From positions 24,304,001-24,368,000 of the forward strand of contig NC_134471.1 of NCBI RefSeq assembly GCF_964194025.1: a stretch of DNA of 64,000 bases, written 5' to 3'. Made by a program: the position numbers and the translations under genes. Below are positions 63,839-64,000 of the stretch, one piece after another. Under the pieces are notes generated by a model, which saw nothing but the letters and a program-made list of their open reading frames with translations, had not been told where the DNA came from and searched no databases. Source of the stretch: Convolutriloba macropyga (Eukaryota). Each line of letters begins with the position of its first letter. The stretch's first letter is position 1.

Positions 63839-64000
63839 GCATGTAGTCAACCCACCGATTTTATTCAACCCTTGTATGCTCAAGAAAAGGAGCCGCTACG
63901 TGTACCAGTGATAATATAAATTCAAGCTTGGTTATAACCATTTTGTTTTTCACCGGACCTAAAAATTGTTGCTGATTGCAAGTTTTCAATTACATTCCAA

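Overview
AT-rich, transposon-dense eukaryotic DNA, most likely from an invertebrate animal (inference). It holds two host genes on the + strand. (1) A two-exon homotetrameric-type cytidine deaminase (exons 3055-3208 and 38922-39193, 141 aa). Its single 35.7-kb intron opens with a GC donor and is almost entirely nested retroelements: an old Gypsy relic, a young Copia element (3807-9326), a young BEL/Pao element (10686-21093) carrying a 2.1-kb AGGTCA-rich minisatellite, a 7-copy 1.13-kb satellite made of Gypsy gag/RT sequence, and a 5-copy 0.8-1.4-kb tandem array that looks Penelope-derived. (2) An unassigned coiled-coil gene of about 17 exons (about 44220 to beyond the window end), with LINE fragments and small DNA elements in its introns. 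The most striking observation is that a phase-consistent reading of these genes is best explained by many non-GT 5' splice donors (GC, GA, GG), mostly in AG|GN contexts that otherwise match the U1 consensus. This suggests a spliceosome with relaxed +2 specificity. The exon models are manual and need RNA evidence.
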